Origin: Eledone cirrhosa
Taxonomy: Eukaryota
Assembly: GCA_964016885.1 (NCBI GenBank)
Contig: OZ024742.1
Location: 185,628,001 to 185,692,000 of the forward strand
Reading direction: 5' to 3'
DNA: 64,000 bases
The translations under genes were made by a program, and so were the position numbers. Below are positions 26,566 through 40,959 of the stretch, piece after piece. The number at the start of each line of letters is the position of its first letter. The stretch's first letter is position 1. Under the pieces are notes generated by a model. It was not told where the DNA came from. It saw only the letters and a list, made by a program, of their open reading frames with translations, and did no database searches.

Positions 26566-26603
26566 TTCTTAACGTTTCGGACGTTAGTCCTTCATCAGAA
26601 GAA
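26566..26603 (-). ncRNA. Minimal type I hammerhead
   Basis: ttctt CTGATGA a ggac-taac-gtcc GAA acgt T aagaa. Stem III is palindromic (acgt). Related sequence lies at 57085-57156 and 772-810. Confidence 0.82.
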
Positions 26604-26897
26604 AGAATGAGAAATAAGATAGATTGAGGGGACGGGTGGGTTGGAATTGGAAAAAAATGTCTTTAGATAAAAATAACAGGTTGACATCTCTTGGAAAACT
26701 GTTGGTGCTGGCGTTTTGTGTATGGTTTATTTTTTAGAAAAGTGGATGATGGAGCGCGTACTAGAGTGGGAGTGAAAAATAAACGGTTGAGAAGTAGAAT
26801 GGGTGTGAGAGGATTGTGGTAGAGGAAAAGTGGTAAAGAGTCGTGGAATATTTAAATGCAAGAAGCAGAGAAAATTTCAATGATACGAAAGATTTCC

Positions 26898-27122
26898 TGG
26901 TGGAAGTTCAGGTGTACTCCAGGCTGGTATCCAGTTTCGGGGTGAAAATCCAATAAGAAAATCCAACGAATTTTGAGAGGTCCACGTAAGCGTTGATATA
27001 TATACATGTATTTCTGTTTACCTTTTACATACATATATCAACGCCTACGTGGACCTCTCAAAATTCGTTGGATTTTCTAATTGGATTTTCAGTCCGAAAC
27101 TGGATACCAACCCGGAATACAC

Positions 27123-27127
<5 letters not shown>
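26898..27127. mobile_element. Diverged fold-back element
   Basis: Arms about 26898-27003 and 27031-27127 (ttcaggtgtactcc..cgttgatatat / atatatcaacg..ggaatacacttgaa), followed by (TA)n. Confidence 0.75.
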
Positions 27128-27181
<54 letters not shown>

Positions 27182-28189
27182 AGCCGAAATCGCTTGGCGC
27201 CACGGTCGGGATTTTACCTATCTCTCTCTATATATATATATGTGTGTGTGTGTGTGTATGTGTGACAGTAGAATAAATAAATATAACTTATACAACAATA
27301 AAAATCTAATATGTCAACAAAGAAACAATTATACGTTTTTTTCGAAGTAAGTTAGCTTGTTATAAACAGCTTATTGTAAACAACGCAGACTTAGCTATAA
27401 AATAGTCGAACAAGCTGCATATATAAATACCTGGAATCAGAACAAAAGAGGACAGCATCAACTCTGTATACCTATATTATTCGAATATTTTGTAGTTGAA
27501 CCTGCGTTGTAGCGGCTTATATCCTTTCAAAATTCAAAATTCCTTAGTTTATCTATATCTTATTTGAGTTAGGTTTTATCTTATATCCTTAACTTGTTTT
27601 CCTTATCGTTTATAAACAGTGCACTAATTTGATAAGAAGGTTGTTCCGTTATTCGAACAATTGGAACATACATTGTCAAAACTGACGTAAGTCCCTTCAA
27701 ATGTATATCATGTTATTTTTCCTTATCGTTTATAAACAGTGCACCAAGCCTAACTTCCCCTGCAACTAATCGCTGACATTGAATTTCTTGGTTGTAACCA
27801 GGATACAACAAGTAAATATGGGCAGCTATAATATCAACAGAATTTGTGCCAAACTATCAATACTCATTAATTTATTATTAATCCAGGGCAGTTCAAATAA
27901 TCATCAATATATTATTAGCCTAGGGTTGTGGAAACAACAGGGTTTAGTATTAATATTAGGTTGTTCAAACAATAGACTTGATGTTATGTGCAAACGTGAA
28001 TCTCAAACTGTAAGATGAAATAAAGAGAGGAAAGGGAGATAAAACAGAAAGAAAAGGAGTCATTACCATGATACCTTTTATTTTCCTTTGTGAATGAGGG
28101 ACATGAGTAGTTAGACAGGCAGAGAAAAGAAACTTCCTTTGTGTGTGCACGTATTTATGTGCATATGTATGTATGCATGAATAATGTAT

Positions 28190-28572
28190 ATAATAATTGT
28201 TTCTATTTTAGGCACAAGGCCAGCAATTAACCAGTCCATTACTGGTACTTTATTTTATCGACCCCGTAAGGATGAAAGGCAAAATCAACCTCGGCGGGAT
28301 TTGAACTCAGATCGTAAAGGGACGTAACTTTGCTGGAAAGCATGGTGTCTGACCCTCTACCGATACTGCCAATCCACAAATGTATATAATAATTGTTTCT
28401 ACTTTAGGCACAAGGTCAGCAATTAACCAGTGCATTACTGGTACTTTATTTTATCGACCCCGTAAGGATGAAAGGCAAAGTCAACCTCGGCGGGATTTGA
28501 ACTCAGATCGTAAAGGGACGTAACTTTGCTGGAAAGCATGGTGTCTGACCCCCTACTGATACTGCCAATCCA
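28190..28572 (-). mobile_element. Tandem pair of Meta-type SINEs
   Basis: Two near-identical units of about 195 bp, at 28190-28376 and 28386-28572. Confidence 0.85.
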
Positions 28573-29264
28573 CATATAATAATGAATATTATTATCAGCC
28601 TGTTTGTTCTACATGAGTGCCGCTTCCCTATCACAATAGATGTGCTTCAGAAACGAATCATCCACGCATGTGATGTCGTTATTGTTGAGCAATTCTATAA
28701 GAAGCTATATCGAAAAATTGCATTGGCTTCTGTGTCTCTGGCATCATATCGATCTAAATTCTCCACTAGGGTGTTTCATATTTATAGGGGATTTTTTTTG
28801 TGTTGGAATCACCTCAGGGCTATTGTACCCTAAATCCATTTCACGTAAAAACTACACAGGCGAAAATACGAGAAGGTAGGGATATATTTAGGGGTTACAC
28901 AGTTTGGTGCTTTTTGAATGCTATGCCTAAAGAAATGAACATAAATTTACTTCAATGCTTGTTGATTGTAGCCAGGTTCCCCTACACTACCACCACCACC
29001 ACCACTGACTACAGAAGGAAATGAAGATTCGCGATATAAAAATAAGAAAGAGAAGGCAGGCATACATACGTATTTACTTTGTTGATTTTGTCTAAATTGT
29101 CTTGTTCTTATGTTAGAAGCCGTCTCTCTCTATTGGTGAAAATTTATAAAATGATAAAACCAGAAGAATTTATATACAAGGAAAATGTCGATAGTGATTT
29201 CAAAGTTAGTTCTGAAATCAGCTTCGTTTTTTACTGTGTTTATGTTTTATTATACTTAAAACAT

Positions 29265-29344
<80 letters not shown>

Positions 29345-31543
29345 GATGGTTTTCCAAAGGCGATCGAAAAAGGAATGCACAGTTAAATAAGGTACTCAAT
29401 AGATTAAAAGAGTATAAACACATTTATTCTAATTAGAAATGATTTCTCCAGAACCAGGACTTATGAAACAGTTCTAGTTGTGTATATATATATATATAAT
29501 GCCTCGGCATGGCTGCAATCTAATGACTAAAACCAATGACAGAATAAAAGAACATACATGTGTTTATATTCAATATAAATATTTAATAACAAAAACTATT
29601 TCTAAAAATATCCCAAAATGTACCTGGTATTTGGTGATCATAGCGCTTTACTATGGAAGTCGAGTTGTACAGAAAGTATAGTAGCATTAAGAGAAAAACG
29701 TCTCCTGAAAATAGGTTTCCTTTGTTAAATGCGAAAAGTTGCCATTTTAGAAATGCTCTCTGACTACAGCGTAACGCTACTACTGTTTATTTATATCAAC
29801 TCGAAGTATTCCAGCTGAGATAGTGTTGTTCAGTAAAAGAATGTACTTATGAGATTAACTACTTGACTTACTGCTGCCCTATATATAACAAATACATGAT
29901 TTTTAACGAAATGTACTTGCAACGGCATCGATTTCTGCTATCTCTTCTGCTGATGTTCCGTTATTAAGGTCACCATATCTATATTTTTAATGTCATGTAT
30001 TCCTTAGTGGGTCGTAGGTCATCATCGATATAAATTTTCATTTCCTTTTATTGTGACGACCACAAATCCTTCTGACAGAAGCTATTTTTCTTCGCCAGTT
30101 TATTGATTACGTTCATAAATAGCGAAGACGTGAGAGAATAGGTGAAATGAAATACGCATGCAACACCAATTTTCCGACAACTTATAGTACGACACCTATT
30201 TTTATCTGGATGTAATTATGGGTGAACATTTGAATTTCCATCCATCCTCCAGACTAGTTAATATTCCTCACCGCTTGGCATTATATAAGATTTTAAATGA
30301 GTCCAACTTCATATTATAGTTGAAAAATAGGGAGGCTGTTTCCTATTTGGTTTTTGTTCGACAAAATGGATAGTCCGACATGGATCTAGAACTATGTGGG
30401 TCGGAAAATCAGAGTCATACCTATAGTTGGAGTAAGCATGATTAACCAAGAGTTTGATATCACTCTATGGCACTCACTGCATTCACAGTCATAAATAGAT
30501 AACGTAGAAAAACAACAACAAGAAAACCTCTACGGGGTCACTCGACATGCTAGAAATAGCAGACAAACCTATTTGATATCATAGATAGTGTCTGCCAACT
30601 TCTAAAAACCCAAACGACGAGTACCATGAATAAGGCAAAATGAGATTTTACATGAGGCAAAATGAGAATACATCTCTCACCCACCCCATAGTGGGTAGAA
30701 GACTTCTCCGTCGGACGTGGAGAGTTGACAGGTCTGATTGATCTGCTTGATAAAGGCTGGCTTATAGTTAAACAAGAACAACAACAACGATAACAAGTAG
30801 ATACTTTGAAGGACACCGTATCCAACAGTATCTAATTCAGGCAAAATCTAAACAAACCTTAGCTTATGGCTACTCAATCTACAGAGTCTCTTAATCTACA
30901 GGGCCACACAATCTATAGGTGGCTTAAATAATTCAAATTCAAATATGTTTACAGATGTAATTCTTTAGCAAGGAACACCCGAGCTTCATATAGCTAAGGC
31001 TCTCACTGATTTTTAATCCGACACTGAGTTTACCTTTTCAATGCACCACTATTGTGAATACGAGGATAACATCGTTGATATAAACAGCCACTAAGAAAAT
31101 CACGTATTTCTTAAAACCAGACGCAATCTACTCTGCTATAAACTACAATAACAAGGTGATGATGCGGATAATGTATCCTTCGTCGGTTTGAACGGCTGAC
31201 TCAAGAATTATCGCATAAGTGGCTGAGTATTCCACAGATATGTATATCCTTAACGTAATCTCCAAGCTAAGTCATGTCACACAATATGTCACAAGGCTGG
31301 GCATTTGAATTACAGGTGCAATCCATCCGACAGACTTCCACACAGTTTCCGCCTACTCAACTTCACTTATACGGCTTGGGTCGACACAGGGATACGGCAA
31401 AAATCCTTTCCGAAGAATTCACAGTGAGATCGAACCTCTAGCCCTCATGATTGCGAATACACTGTAATTATCATCGAATCTGATGATCGCTAAAGTGAGA
31501 AACACACTCACACACACACACAGACTTACGTACGCACAAACAC

Positions 31544-31668
<125 letters not shown>

Positions 31669-31713
31669 CATACATACATACATACATACACATTTCAAGA
31701 AAAAAAGAAGAGC

Positions 31714-32061
31714 ACATTCCAATATATTCTTTTAATGTTCCACAAATACACAATACGTATTTCTATGCCCGGCTTACGCCATCAGATTATGACGCAAGAC
31801 ATTCGGCGACGTCATCAGCTGTAAACGATTTAGAAGGCAACTACTGGATTACTTAAAAATATAAACAAAGAACTGATACGGATCAATTCTTTGTTTATAT
31901 TTTGCCATAATCCATTAAGTGATTACTAAATTTTATAAATCTTTTATGTTAATTACACTTGATGATGTCGCTGAATGCCTTGCGTCAAGATCTGATTACG
32001 TAAGCCGGTCATAGAAGTACGTATTGTGTATTTATGCAACATTAAAGGAATACACTGAAAT
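31714..32061. mobile_element. Old fold-back with a decayed HHR in each arm and a central hairpin
   Basis: Minus strand 31747-31823 reads CTGATGA..GAA atacgtat T gtgta. Plus strand 31954-32030 reads tacac tTGATGA..GAAg tacgta tt gtgta. Central hairpin at 31856-31903. Confidence 0.7.
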
Positions 32062-33895
32062 CCAACCTTCTTTTTTTTTCATAGAAGTATTTAACTCGGT
32101 TCCTGCACCAACCACTGGATGATAGGCATAACATCGAGTGCTTTTGTTATTGCTTCACGGTCCGCTAGCTAATCAGAATGACTGGATCTACCCATTAGTT
32201 AAACCAGCCAATATATATGGAATATAACATTATATACACCCATTTGTTCCAACAATAACAGTTATCTCTTAATCTATTCATCTATCTCTCATACTCCCAT
32301 TATTACTGTTTCAATATTTTAAATCTATAAATTTAACGGATATTCTATTCTATAGGTTTCTCTCGTCTGATTTCCTACCCTTAAATATAATGAATTAGAT
32401 TATGTTAAATATAGAAATTTGAATCATTTGAAGTAGCTGCTCATCCCTCCTCTTTATAGAATATCTTTTCCTTATCTAGCCTAGAAATATGCTTTAGATT
32501 ATATGATGTGAAAATCTAAATGGAAATTTAATTAACTATAGAAACCTGTGGTACAACTGTTGCTTTAATGTACATGGTTTATGCAGTATGGCGTAAGGAG
32601 TCTCTTAAGTCTGTCTTAAGCCAGAAGGTTCGTTAGGCTGGTACTTATCCCGGTTTCATGGCATGATGCCAGTCCATCGCAGGGTTAAACCCACAGCTAT
32701 TGCTGGTATTTATTTTCAGCTGATTATACTGGAGCAACGTGAAATGAAGTGTTTTGTTTAAGTACACAATATGCAACCCAGCCCAGGAATCGAACATACG
32801 ACATTATGATCCAACACCTTTATCGCTAGGCTACGTGCCTCCACTAAATAAGGAGTTCCCTTCGCAATTATTAAATCCCGGGTTTGATCATACTTCATGG
32901 CATCTTCAGCAAGTGTCATTTGCCATAGCCTCGGGTCGACCTATGTTTTGTGAGTGAAGTTAGGTAGACTGTACTTATAATTCAAAGGCCCAGCCATGTC
33001 ACACACTCTGTCAGGCAGTGGGAATTACGTTATGGGTATATGTGTCTGTGTAATGCTCAGTCACTTATACGCTAATTTGATAAGAAGGGTGTTCTGTTAT
33101 TCGAACAATTGGAACATACATTGTCAAAACTGACGGAAGTCCCTTCAAATGTATATCATCTTATTCATACAAGCTGCCAAATTCTTCGTCTCGCTATACC
33201 TATCTATCCCCATCTCCCCCCCCCCCCCTCCCTCCCTCACTCTCTCTCGCACGCACACATGCGCGCGCAGTATTTCTCTCATATTGCTCCCATGTGATCA
33301 CTGGATGTGCTTAGACACATACTTCAAATTTACCCTCTTAAAAAATACATTGGACAACCTTGTTTTAGATATACGAAAAGACGGGACATATAAGGCTGAA
33401 ATGTCTTTGATCATAGATTTGCCCAACTGGAGCTGTCTTTAAGCCAAACAACAACAATAGCCTCTTTAAGAGCCACTATGTGCTCGATTACTTGCTAGAA
33501 GTAGCAGCCATGTCTGCCTGAAATTATATCTTACTGTCTTAGAAATAACGACACTTATTGGATAATGCAGCTTTATATCTGAAAAATAAGACAGCACGGG
33601 CATGGTTGTAATTCGTTAGACCTTGGGTCTCCTCTATTAAGGCTGATTTGGAGGTAAAAAACATAAATAATCTTCTTTTCAAACTTCACAATAGGAAGCA
33701 CACATATATATGTTATTCATTTCCTTAGCTCACTTAACAATGGCTTCTCATCATTTTTTTTTTCCACATTTTTTAGTAGTTTATTTACTGCTGTTTAAGC
33801 ATTAAATCACTATTTTCTCAGTCCATCCAAACTCCATATATATATATATATATATAGGAGGAAGTTATAGTTCACTTGAAGCATTGTGTAGTGAG

Positions 33896-34277
33896 GTATA
33901 AACGTGTGTATATGTATAATAAAGCCAAAACAATGTAGGTATGGACATAGAATAAAGAATGCAAATGCAAAAGATATTGTTGACAATTAGTCTTTTACCT
34001 TAGATTTATTTAACTGTCCTTAATTTTCGAGATAATATCTCTTCTTCGGAGGGAAGTAAAGCGGTTAAACCAGTGTTCTAAATAGCTTGCCAAAGCTATT
34101 TAGAACACTGGTTTAACCGCTTTACTTCCCCCCGAAAAAGAGATATTATCTCGAAAATTAAGGACATTTAAATAAATCTAAGGTAAAAGACTAATTGTCA
34201 ATAATATCTTTTGCATTTGCATTTTTTATTCTATGTCCATACCTGCATTGTTTTGGCTTTATTATACATATACAAAC

Positions 34278-34285
<8 letters not shown>
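33896..34285. mobile_element. Fold-back with arms of about 190 bp, a 4-nt spacer and an HHR-like motif in each arm
   Basis: Centre agctt-gcca-aagct (34084-34097). Minus strand 34017-34053 reads ccct CCGAAGA a gagat-att-atctc GAA aatt A agga. Confidence 0.8.
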
Positions 34286-34343
<58 letters not shown>

Positions 34344-35118
34344 ATGTATGTATATAGGCATAGGTTAACTTATATCAATGTTTCCATTGAGATATTTATA
34401 ATCATATGTATATACACACACACACATATTTATATGTGTATTTGGTGCATACGTCCGTATGTGTGCGGGTATATGTGTCGCGCCGGTTTACGTATGTGTG
34501 CGCGTGTTTATGTGTAAGTGCATGTATATGCATGCAAGGCGTGTGTTTTCGCGTATGCACATGTATTTACGTATATAGATATGTGTATGTATATATTTAA
34601 TTATTATTACTTTATGAGTTTAATAACTTCTGTCATTTTCGTTCAACTAATTTATCTACATTATTCTTAACGCCGAAGCCGAGATTCATTCGGTTTCCTA
34701 AATAGAATATTAGTCTAATGACTCCATTTATACCATAAACGTGGTTTTGCCTTTGCGTGTAATTGTTCTCATCGGTCCAAATAACTGTTTCTACTTTAGG
34801 CACAAAGCCAGCAATTACCCAGTGCATTACTGGTACTTTATTTTATCGACCCCGTAAGGATGAAAGGCAAAGTCAACCTCGGCGTATTATCTTTGCTTTT
34901 TTCCGTTCATTGCCAGGAACGTCTTCACGAACCAAAGTATCGTCTTCCTGTTTTCCTTCGGTTGCACGTTTTTCGAAATATTTACTTCTGCGTTCACAGA
35001 TTGTTTGTTTTGTTTTTTTCAGTTTCAGAATATCCCGTTAAGGGTGAAAACAGCGATTCTTTGCTTAAACTTTAAACTGTTATTTTAATAAATATATATA
35101 TATATATATATATTTGAA

Positions 35119-35331
35119 GGCGTGTGGCTGAGTGGTTAGAGAATTGGATTCGCAATCGTAAGGTTGTGAGTTCGATTCCTGGATCAGGCGATGCGTTATG
35201 TCCTTGAGCAAGACACTTTATTTCACGTTGCTCCTTCTACCTGGAGTTGCGACCGATAGATAGTATTAGCAATTGGAAAGACCAACGGAAACATTGTTCC
35301 CTCGGTCCGATTTGACGAAAGTCGATCGTTC
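35119..35331 (+). mobile_element. tRNA-derived CORE-type SINE (octopus OR-like)
   Basis: A and B boxes plus a CORE-like segment. Copy of 4190-4403. Confidence 0.8.
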
Positions 35332-35846
35332 CTGTATATATATGTATGTATAGAATATTTGGCAGTATACCGTATGTTTAATTAAAAACATTTTGAAGAC
35401 CTTACGCTATCGGTTTTAAAGTAGTGACTATGTCACTTCTTTTCAGCAAAAGAAGGAAGAGAAGCTGTTGGTGATCATCAGAGCCACGCACTCCCCGCTT
35501 TGATCCGGGTTGGTATACAATGGCTGTAACATCCTTCTTTTCCCCACTTGCCGAACAAGATAGGGGAAGCCCCAGCATACATAGATTCCTGTAGAATTCT
35601 ATTTTCGCCTGCTTTCTAGCTAGCCTACTTCATCTACACTCCTTAGAATTTGCTGTATAGAACTTACTTTCAACATTTGACCGGCTTCACCCACTCCCTC
35701 ATTGTTCTACAGGCAAGTTCAGCCACTCCCACCCCTACCCACCGCCATGAAAGATTTAACTGTGTTTACAAGGAACTTTGACCAATCCTTTTGACAACTA
35801 CAACCTTCAGAAATGCATGATTATCGCATGCACATATATATATATT

Positions 35847-35941
35847 ACCCCTTGAAAAGTTCGGTTATATTATTACCACGCTAAAAATCTAATTTAGTCC
35901 AGAAATAACCGTCGAAACGGCTTGAGCTCTGCCGTCGGGGT
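35847..35941 (+). ncRNA. Decayed type I hammerhead
   Basis: acccc ttGAaaA gttcggttat..ataaccgtc GAA acggc-ttgagctct-gccgt C ggggt. All three stems and the GUC site are present, but the 5' core is mutated. The 3' half also occurs on the minus strand at about 15549-15592. Confidence 0.6.
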
Positions 35942-35980
35942 CCTGAACCTTTTCCTATATATATATATAAACATAGTTTA

Positions 35981-36625
35981 TCATCATCATCATCATCATT
36001 TTACGTCCGCTTTTCCCTGCTTGCAAGGATTGGACGGGTCCTATTCATCACACCATCTCTCCACTTGTCACGGTCCTTCGTCATCTCCTCGGTGAGTTTC
36101 AGCGATCTGAAGTCTGCTCTCACCACCTCCGCCCATGTTTTATGTGGTCTACCTCTACTGCGTCTTCCTTCTATTGGGATTTCTTGGCACTTCTTTACCC
36201 AGCGGTCATCCTCCATGTGCATCACATGTCCATATCAACTCAGCCTTCTTTCCTGCACACCACAACTCATCACTCTTATACCCAGTTTCTTTCTCAACAC
36301 GTCTATGTTTGGTCGTTCACGCATATTGACATTGCACATCCAACGGAGCATATTTGCTTCATTTCTCTCTAGCCGCCGCATATCCTCTGCAGTTGCTGCC
36401 CATGTCTCACTACCATGCAGCATCGCGCATCTCACACAGGCATCATATAACCGTCATTTTGTACGCAGGGAGAAACCCTTCTTTGTCAACAAAGTAAGCA
36501 GCTCCCTAAGCTTCTTCCAACCCGTCTTTATTCTAGATACTATGGCCTCGGAACAACCCCCTCCAATGCTAATCTGATCACCTAGGTACCGGAAGCTATC
36601 AACCACTTCTATAAAACCCACCTGC
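35981..36625 (-). pseudogene. RTE-clade LINE 3' fragment with (ATG)n tail
   Basis: IEVVDSFRYLGDQI..SRIKTGWKKLREL..MLHGSETWA..RLERNEANMLRWMC..GRRSRGRPHKTWAEVV..DRDKWR. Confidence 0.88.
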
Positions 36626-36729
36626 ATTGGATTATATATAATCACTGACAACGGTGACATATATATGTACTTATTCAGCCTGTCATAATAATCGGTTTCA
36701 CGGAAGTCCTATTATCGGTAAAAATTATG

Positions 36730-36775
36730 ACTGGCTGAGTTGGGATAAACAGCCTAACGAAACTTAAGTACCTGT
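36730..36775 (+). ncRNA. Decayed hammerhead (3-nt core deletion)
   Basis: actgg CTGA[-] gttggg..cctaac GAA acttaagt A cctgt. Stem III is palindromic. Confidence 0.55.
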
Positions 36776-37122
36776 ATATGTAACTGTTTTAACTAATTAT
36801 ACATAACTCGTCCTACTGACTGAGGAGGACGGAGAGGCGAGAGGAATGGAAGAGGCTGGTTACCAAGTCATCTGTGGCGCGCCAACGATCCACCAGACTA
36901 CGCGGCAGATGAGATGAGATATATTTCAGACCTCAAGCAGTCTAGTATTACATTTGTTTTCTTGGCTACAACCAATTCTATCCATCAATGTTTCACTTAT
37001 GTGGTTGAATGGAATTTTTATATTCATCCTTTTCTCAATACATTCTTATATCTAAGTAAACATTGTGAAATGTGTAGAGGTGACAATAAGAGTTGTTTTA
37101 CACTTGTTGTGTCGCTGAGAAC

Positions 37123-37335
37123 GGATTGGCAGTATCGGTAGAGCATCAGACACCATACTTTGCAGCATAAAGTTATGGCCCTTTACGTTCTGGGTTCAAA
37201 TCCCGCCGAGGTTAGCTTTGCCCTTCATCCTTACAGGGTCGATAAAATAAAGTACTAGTACTGGGGTCGATTTAATCAACTTTCCACACACCCTTCAAAT
37301 TGCTGGCCTTGTGCCTTAAGTAGAAACAATTATTG
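37123..37335 (+). mobile_element. Meta-type SINE
   Basis: Matches 6292-6490. Confidence 0.78.
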
Positions 37336-37683
37336 TTTAGCTCTCTCTCGTTAAATCATAAAGAATATATTCATGCTACCATCTAATCCTTTTGAGAGAT
37401 CTTCAAAGGATTGTTGTAAAGAGATTCGAGTTTCACAAATAACACAAATAACGCACATATTTTGCTGGTGTATGTGTGTTCATGTGTATGATGCACATGT
37501 ATGTATAGTTGTGTGTGTATTTATATTACTATTTATAATATTATTATTTATATTACATTGGACAAGTGACAAACAATATTCCTTGGAAATTCTGAAGATC
37601 AAAGGAACTTTCCAAGATTATCTCTGTACTTTCACATCAATATGTAACGGATTGTAACCCACTATTTATAATACAAAAGATCT

Positions 37684-37732
<49 letters not shown>

Positions 37733-38088
37733 GTGTGTGTTTGTTTATGTGTGTGCGTTTGTATGTGTATGCGTATTTCTGGTGTGTGAGTGTGCATATA
37801 TGTATGTATATATGTATGCATGTATCTATGTATGTATGTATGTATGTATGTATGTATGTTATCTCTTTCTCTTAATTTCGAGTATATTTTTTTGACCGGC
37901 CACCTTCCTGGTGGCAAGGTTGAAAAAGAAAAGAAATTGTCATCCCTTGAATCGCAAGAATGTTTTGCAAATTTTGAAGGTGCCAGCTTTCGCAGCCATT
38001 TGTAGACTATGAATTAGGGAGCTGCGCTTTATGTATGTATGTATGTATGTATGTATGTATGTATGTATGTATGTATGTATGTATGTAT

Positions 38089-38699
38089 GTCAGGTCACCA
38101 GTTGGTGCTACTGGTAACATGTATCCCAGTACAACCTGTCTCATGGTCGGGTCGTTGGCGACTAAACTGGCAACCCCACCAAGGTTGCTTGGTGAGGAGG
38201 GTGACTTTGGACATCCTGCAGGACTAAAAACAAAACCTGTCAAAGGGCAAAGGAGCTCTTAAGAGTCAATGGCCATCCAAAATCACCGGGAGAGATGACC
38301 CCTTAGCCTTTGTCAAGGCAGAATTCTAGGAGAAGGAAAACTCTGATATAACACCTGCAACTCTGATGGTATCCAATGATGTTGACTTGTTCTTCTTTTT
38401 GGTAAATATCATCTTGGTTAAGAGAGTGGGACTGGCTTTGTGCAGTGCCTTTACTCACTATAAAAGCTTCACGGCACAGGCATTGCTTTATATCTGGAGA
38501 TCTCTCTGCACTTGTCGTGACATGGTACCATGGGCCCAGCACTATGTGTCAATAATTGTCACAAGTGTAGTGTTTGTACCCGAGTTTTCAAGTCGCTGGC
38601 TGGACTGAAAAGTCACACTCGTTTAGCGCATCAGTAGGGGTTCTCCTACATGGATATAAAGTAGTGGCCGTACTCGAAAACGAGTTGGCAGCCACCATG
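38089..38699 (+). mobile_element. Non-coding retroposon-like element within (TATG)n
   Basis: Longer copy of 16538-17055. It ends in the hairpin gtggc..actcg-aaaa-cgagt..gccac followed by (TATG)n. Confidence 0.75.
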
Positions 38700-39054
38700 T
38701 ATGTATGTATGTATGTATGTATATGAACATAATGCACGGCCCGACACCACCAGAGAGATTTCTGAGTTCCCGCTCACACATGACATCCTTCTAAGAGAGG
38801 GAAACTCTGAAGTGAAACCTGTGGTTTATGTTATTACTGGGCAACTTGCTTTGGCTTGTCGTCAGATAATAATCACAGAGCGACACTAGTACAAGCGTTT
38901 GTCATTATAACTCATCTGACATTCTATCTCTACATCCGAAGCAGTCTTGGACTTTGAATTATTGGCACCATATAGACATTGGGCTTATTGCTGCAACTAT
39001 TGGGGTGTTACACGAATTTGAGGCAATGAAATACCGCCGCTTCGGGTGTTGTAA

Positions 39055-39195
39055 TATAGGCGGCGGGAGAAGATGGCTGGATTACATCCATTGGGTGGTC
39101 TCACTTGGGGAACCAGTCGTATCAATTAGAGAGGGTTGCTTCTGACAGGAGAGGCTGGAAGGTTTGGTTGAGGACTCTGCCCCACGAACCTTCCA

Positions 39196-39227
<32 letters not shown>

Positions 39228-39230
39228 AGG
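39055..39230 (+). mobile_element. RTE-like LINE 3' end with (GAA)n tail
   Basis: RRWLDYIH..VASDRRGWKVWLRTL followed by (gaa)n. Related to 56080-56440. Confidence 0.6.
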
Positions 39231-39462
39231 TATCAAATAGAAGACACCACACCCATCAATATAAATCTTCGACACGTCCTAATGTATTGCAGATAGGCAA
39301 TATGGAAAATATAGATACTTCACTGATTGTCTTTAGAAAAAATATCTTTTATAAAAGTATATTGTGTGGGGGAAGTACATGCGCACCTACAAGCACACAT
39401 ACACATATATACACACACATTAACACCCATAAACACAAGCACACACATACATATGCGCGTGC

Positions 39463-39528
<66 letters not shown>

Positions 39529-39601
39529 GTGTGTGTTTATTGGGAAATGATTTTCAAACAGGTTGTGTCCCAGCATAGCCACAATCCAATAACTGAAACC
39601 A

Positions 39602-39671
<70 letters not shown>

Positions 39672-39797
39672 GGGGAGAGAGAGAGAGAAAAAAAGATATA
39701 TATATATATAAATATACATACATACTTATATTCATATATATATATATATATATACATACAGACGCATACTCACACACAAACACACTCACACATACAT

Positions 39798-39914
<117 letters not shown>

Positions 39915-40159
39915 CATATATATATTTGACATATATGTATATATATATATATTTATATATGCATGTATGTACACATATATGTACATAATATACATATCAT
40001 TTTTCCTGTCGGTATTCGATAAAATCAGGCTCATCAATAATTTTAAAACGTGTTCCTTTTCTTCCTTTCTTTCTTCCTTTCCTTCTTTCTTTCATTCCAT
40101 TATGTATAGTTACAGCTTAAAACAAACCACAAACCCCTTTAGCTAAATTGTTTGTATTA

Positions 40160-40193
40160 ATTTATGTATGTATGTATGTGTTTGTATACATAC

Positions 40194-40226
<33 letters not shown>

Positions 40227-40310
40227 CATATATATATGTATATATATATATATGTGTGTATATATTTATATATATATTATATATATATGTGTGTATATTT
40301 ATATATATAT

Positions 40311-40378
<68 letters not shown>

Positions 40379-40429
40379 GTATATATATATTTATATATAT
40401 ATACATATATATATATATATGTATATATT

Positions 40430-40463
<34 letters not shown>

Positions 40464-40507
40464 AATATATATATATTTATATATATATATGTGTGTGTGT
40501 GTATATT

Positions 40508-40555
<48 letters not shown>

Positions 40556-40645
40556 CATACACACACATATATATACATTATATATACATATATATATTTA
40601 TATATATATATATATATACATACATACATATATACATATATATAT
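40160..40645. repeat. Long degenerate (TA)n microsatellite
   Basis: Direct reading. It is one of dozens of (TA)n/(CA)n tracts in the window. Confidence 0.95.
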
Positions 40646-40959
40646 TATTCTTGAAAATTCAGTTTGTGTTGGGTTTTTTTATCAACTATCAATGGGAGGA
40701 ACAGAAAATATATGAGAGTGTGGGTGAGAGAGAGAGAGGGAGAGAGAGAGAGAGTGAGAGAGAGAGGGAGGGAGAGAGAGAGTGATAGAGAGAGAAGGGG
40801 TGATAGAGTGTGTAGAAAGATGGGGGAGGTGGCGATAAAATAATCAATAGGACTTGAGAATGAACACGGAGTTTACGTACAATAAGACGTAACGTGTGCT
40901 ATAGAAAGGGGGAAAACTGTGACGACACAATTCACTTACACCTACTACAACACTACACA

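Noticed and set aside
35119-35190. Possible tRNA gene
   Set aside because: It is the tRNA-like head of a SINE, continues into a CORE-like body, and is duplicated at 4190-4403.
38120-38175. HDV-like or twister ribozyme at the 5' end of the (TATG)n element
   Set aside because: Some pairings exist (ccagt/actgg, acc/ggt, gtcg/cgac), but I could not place a P1 helix or a full consensus.
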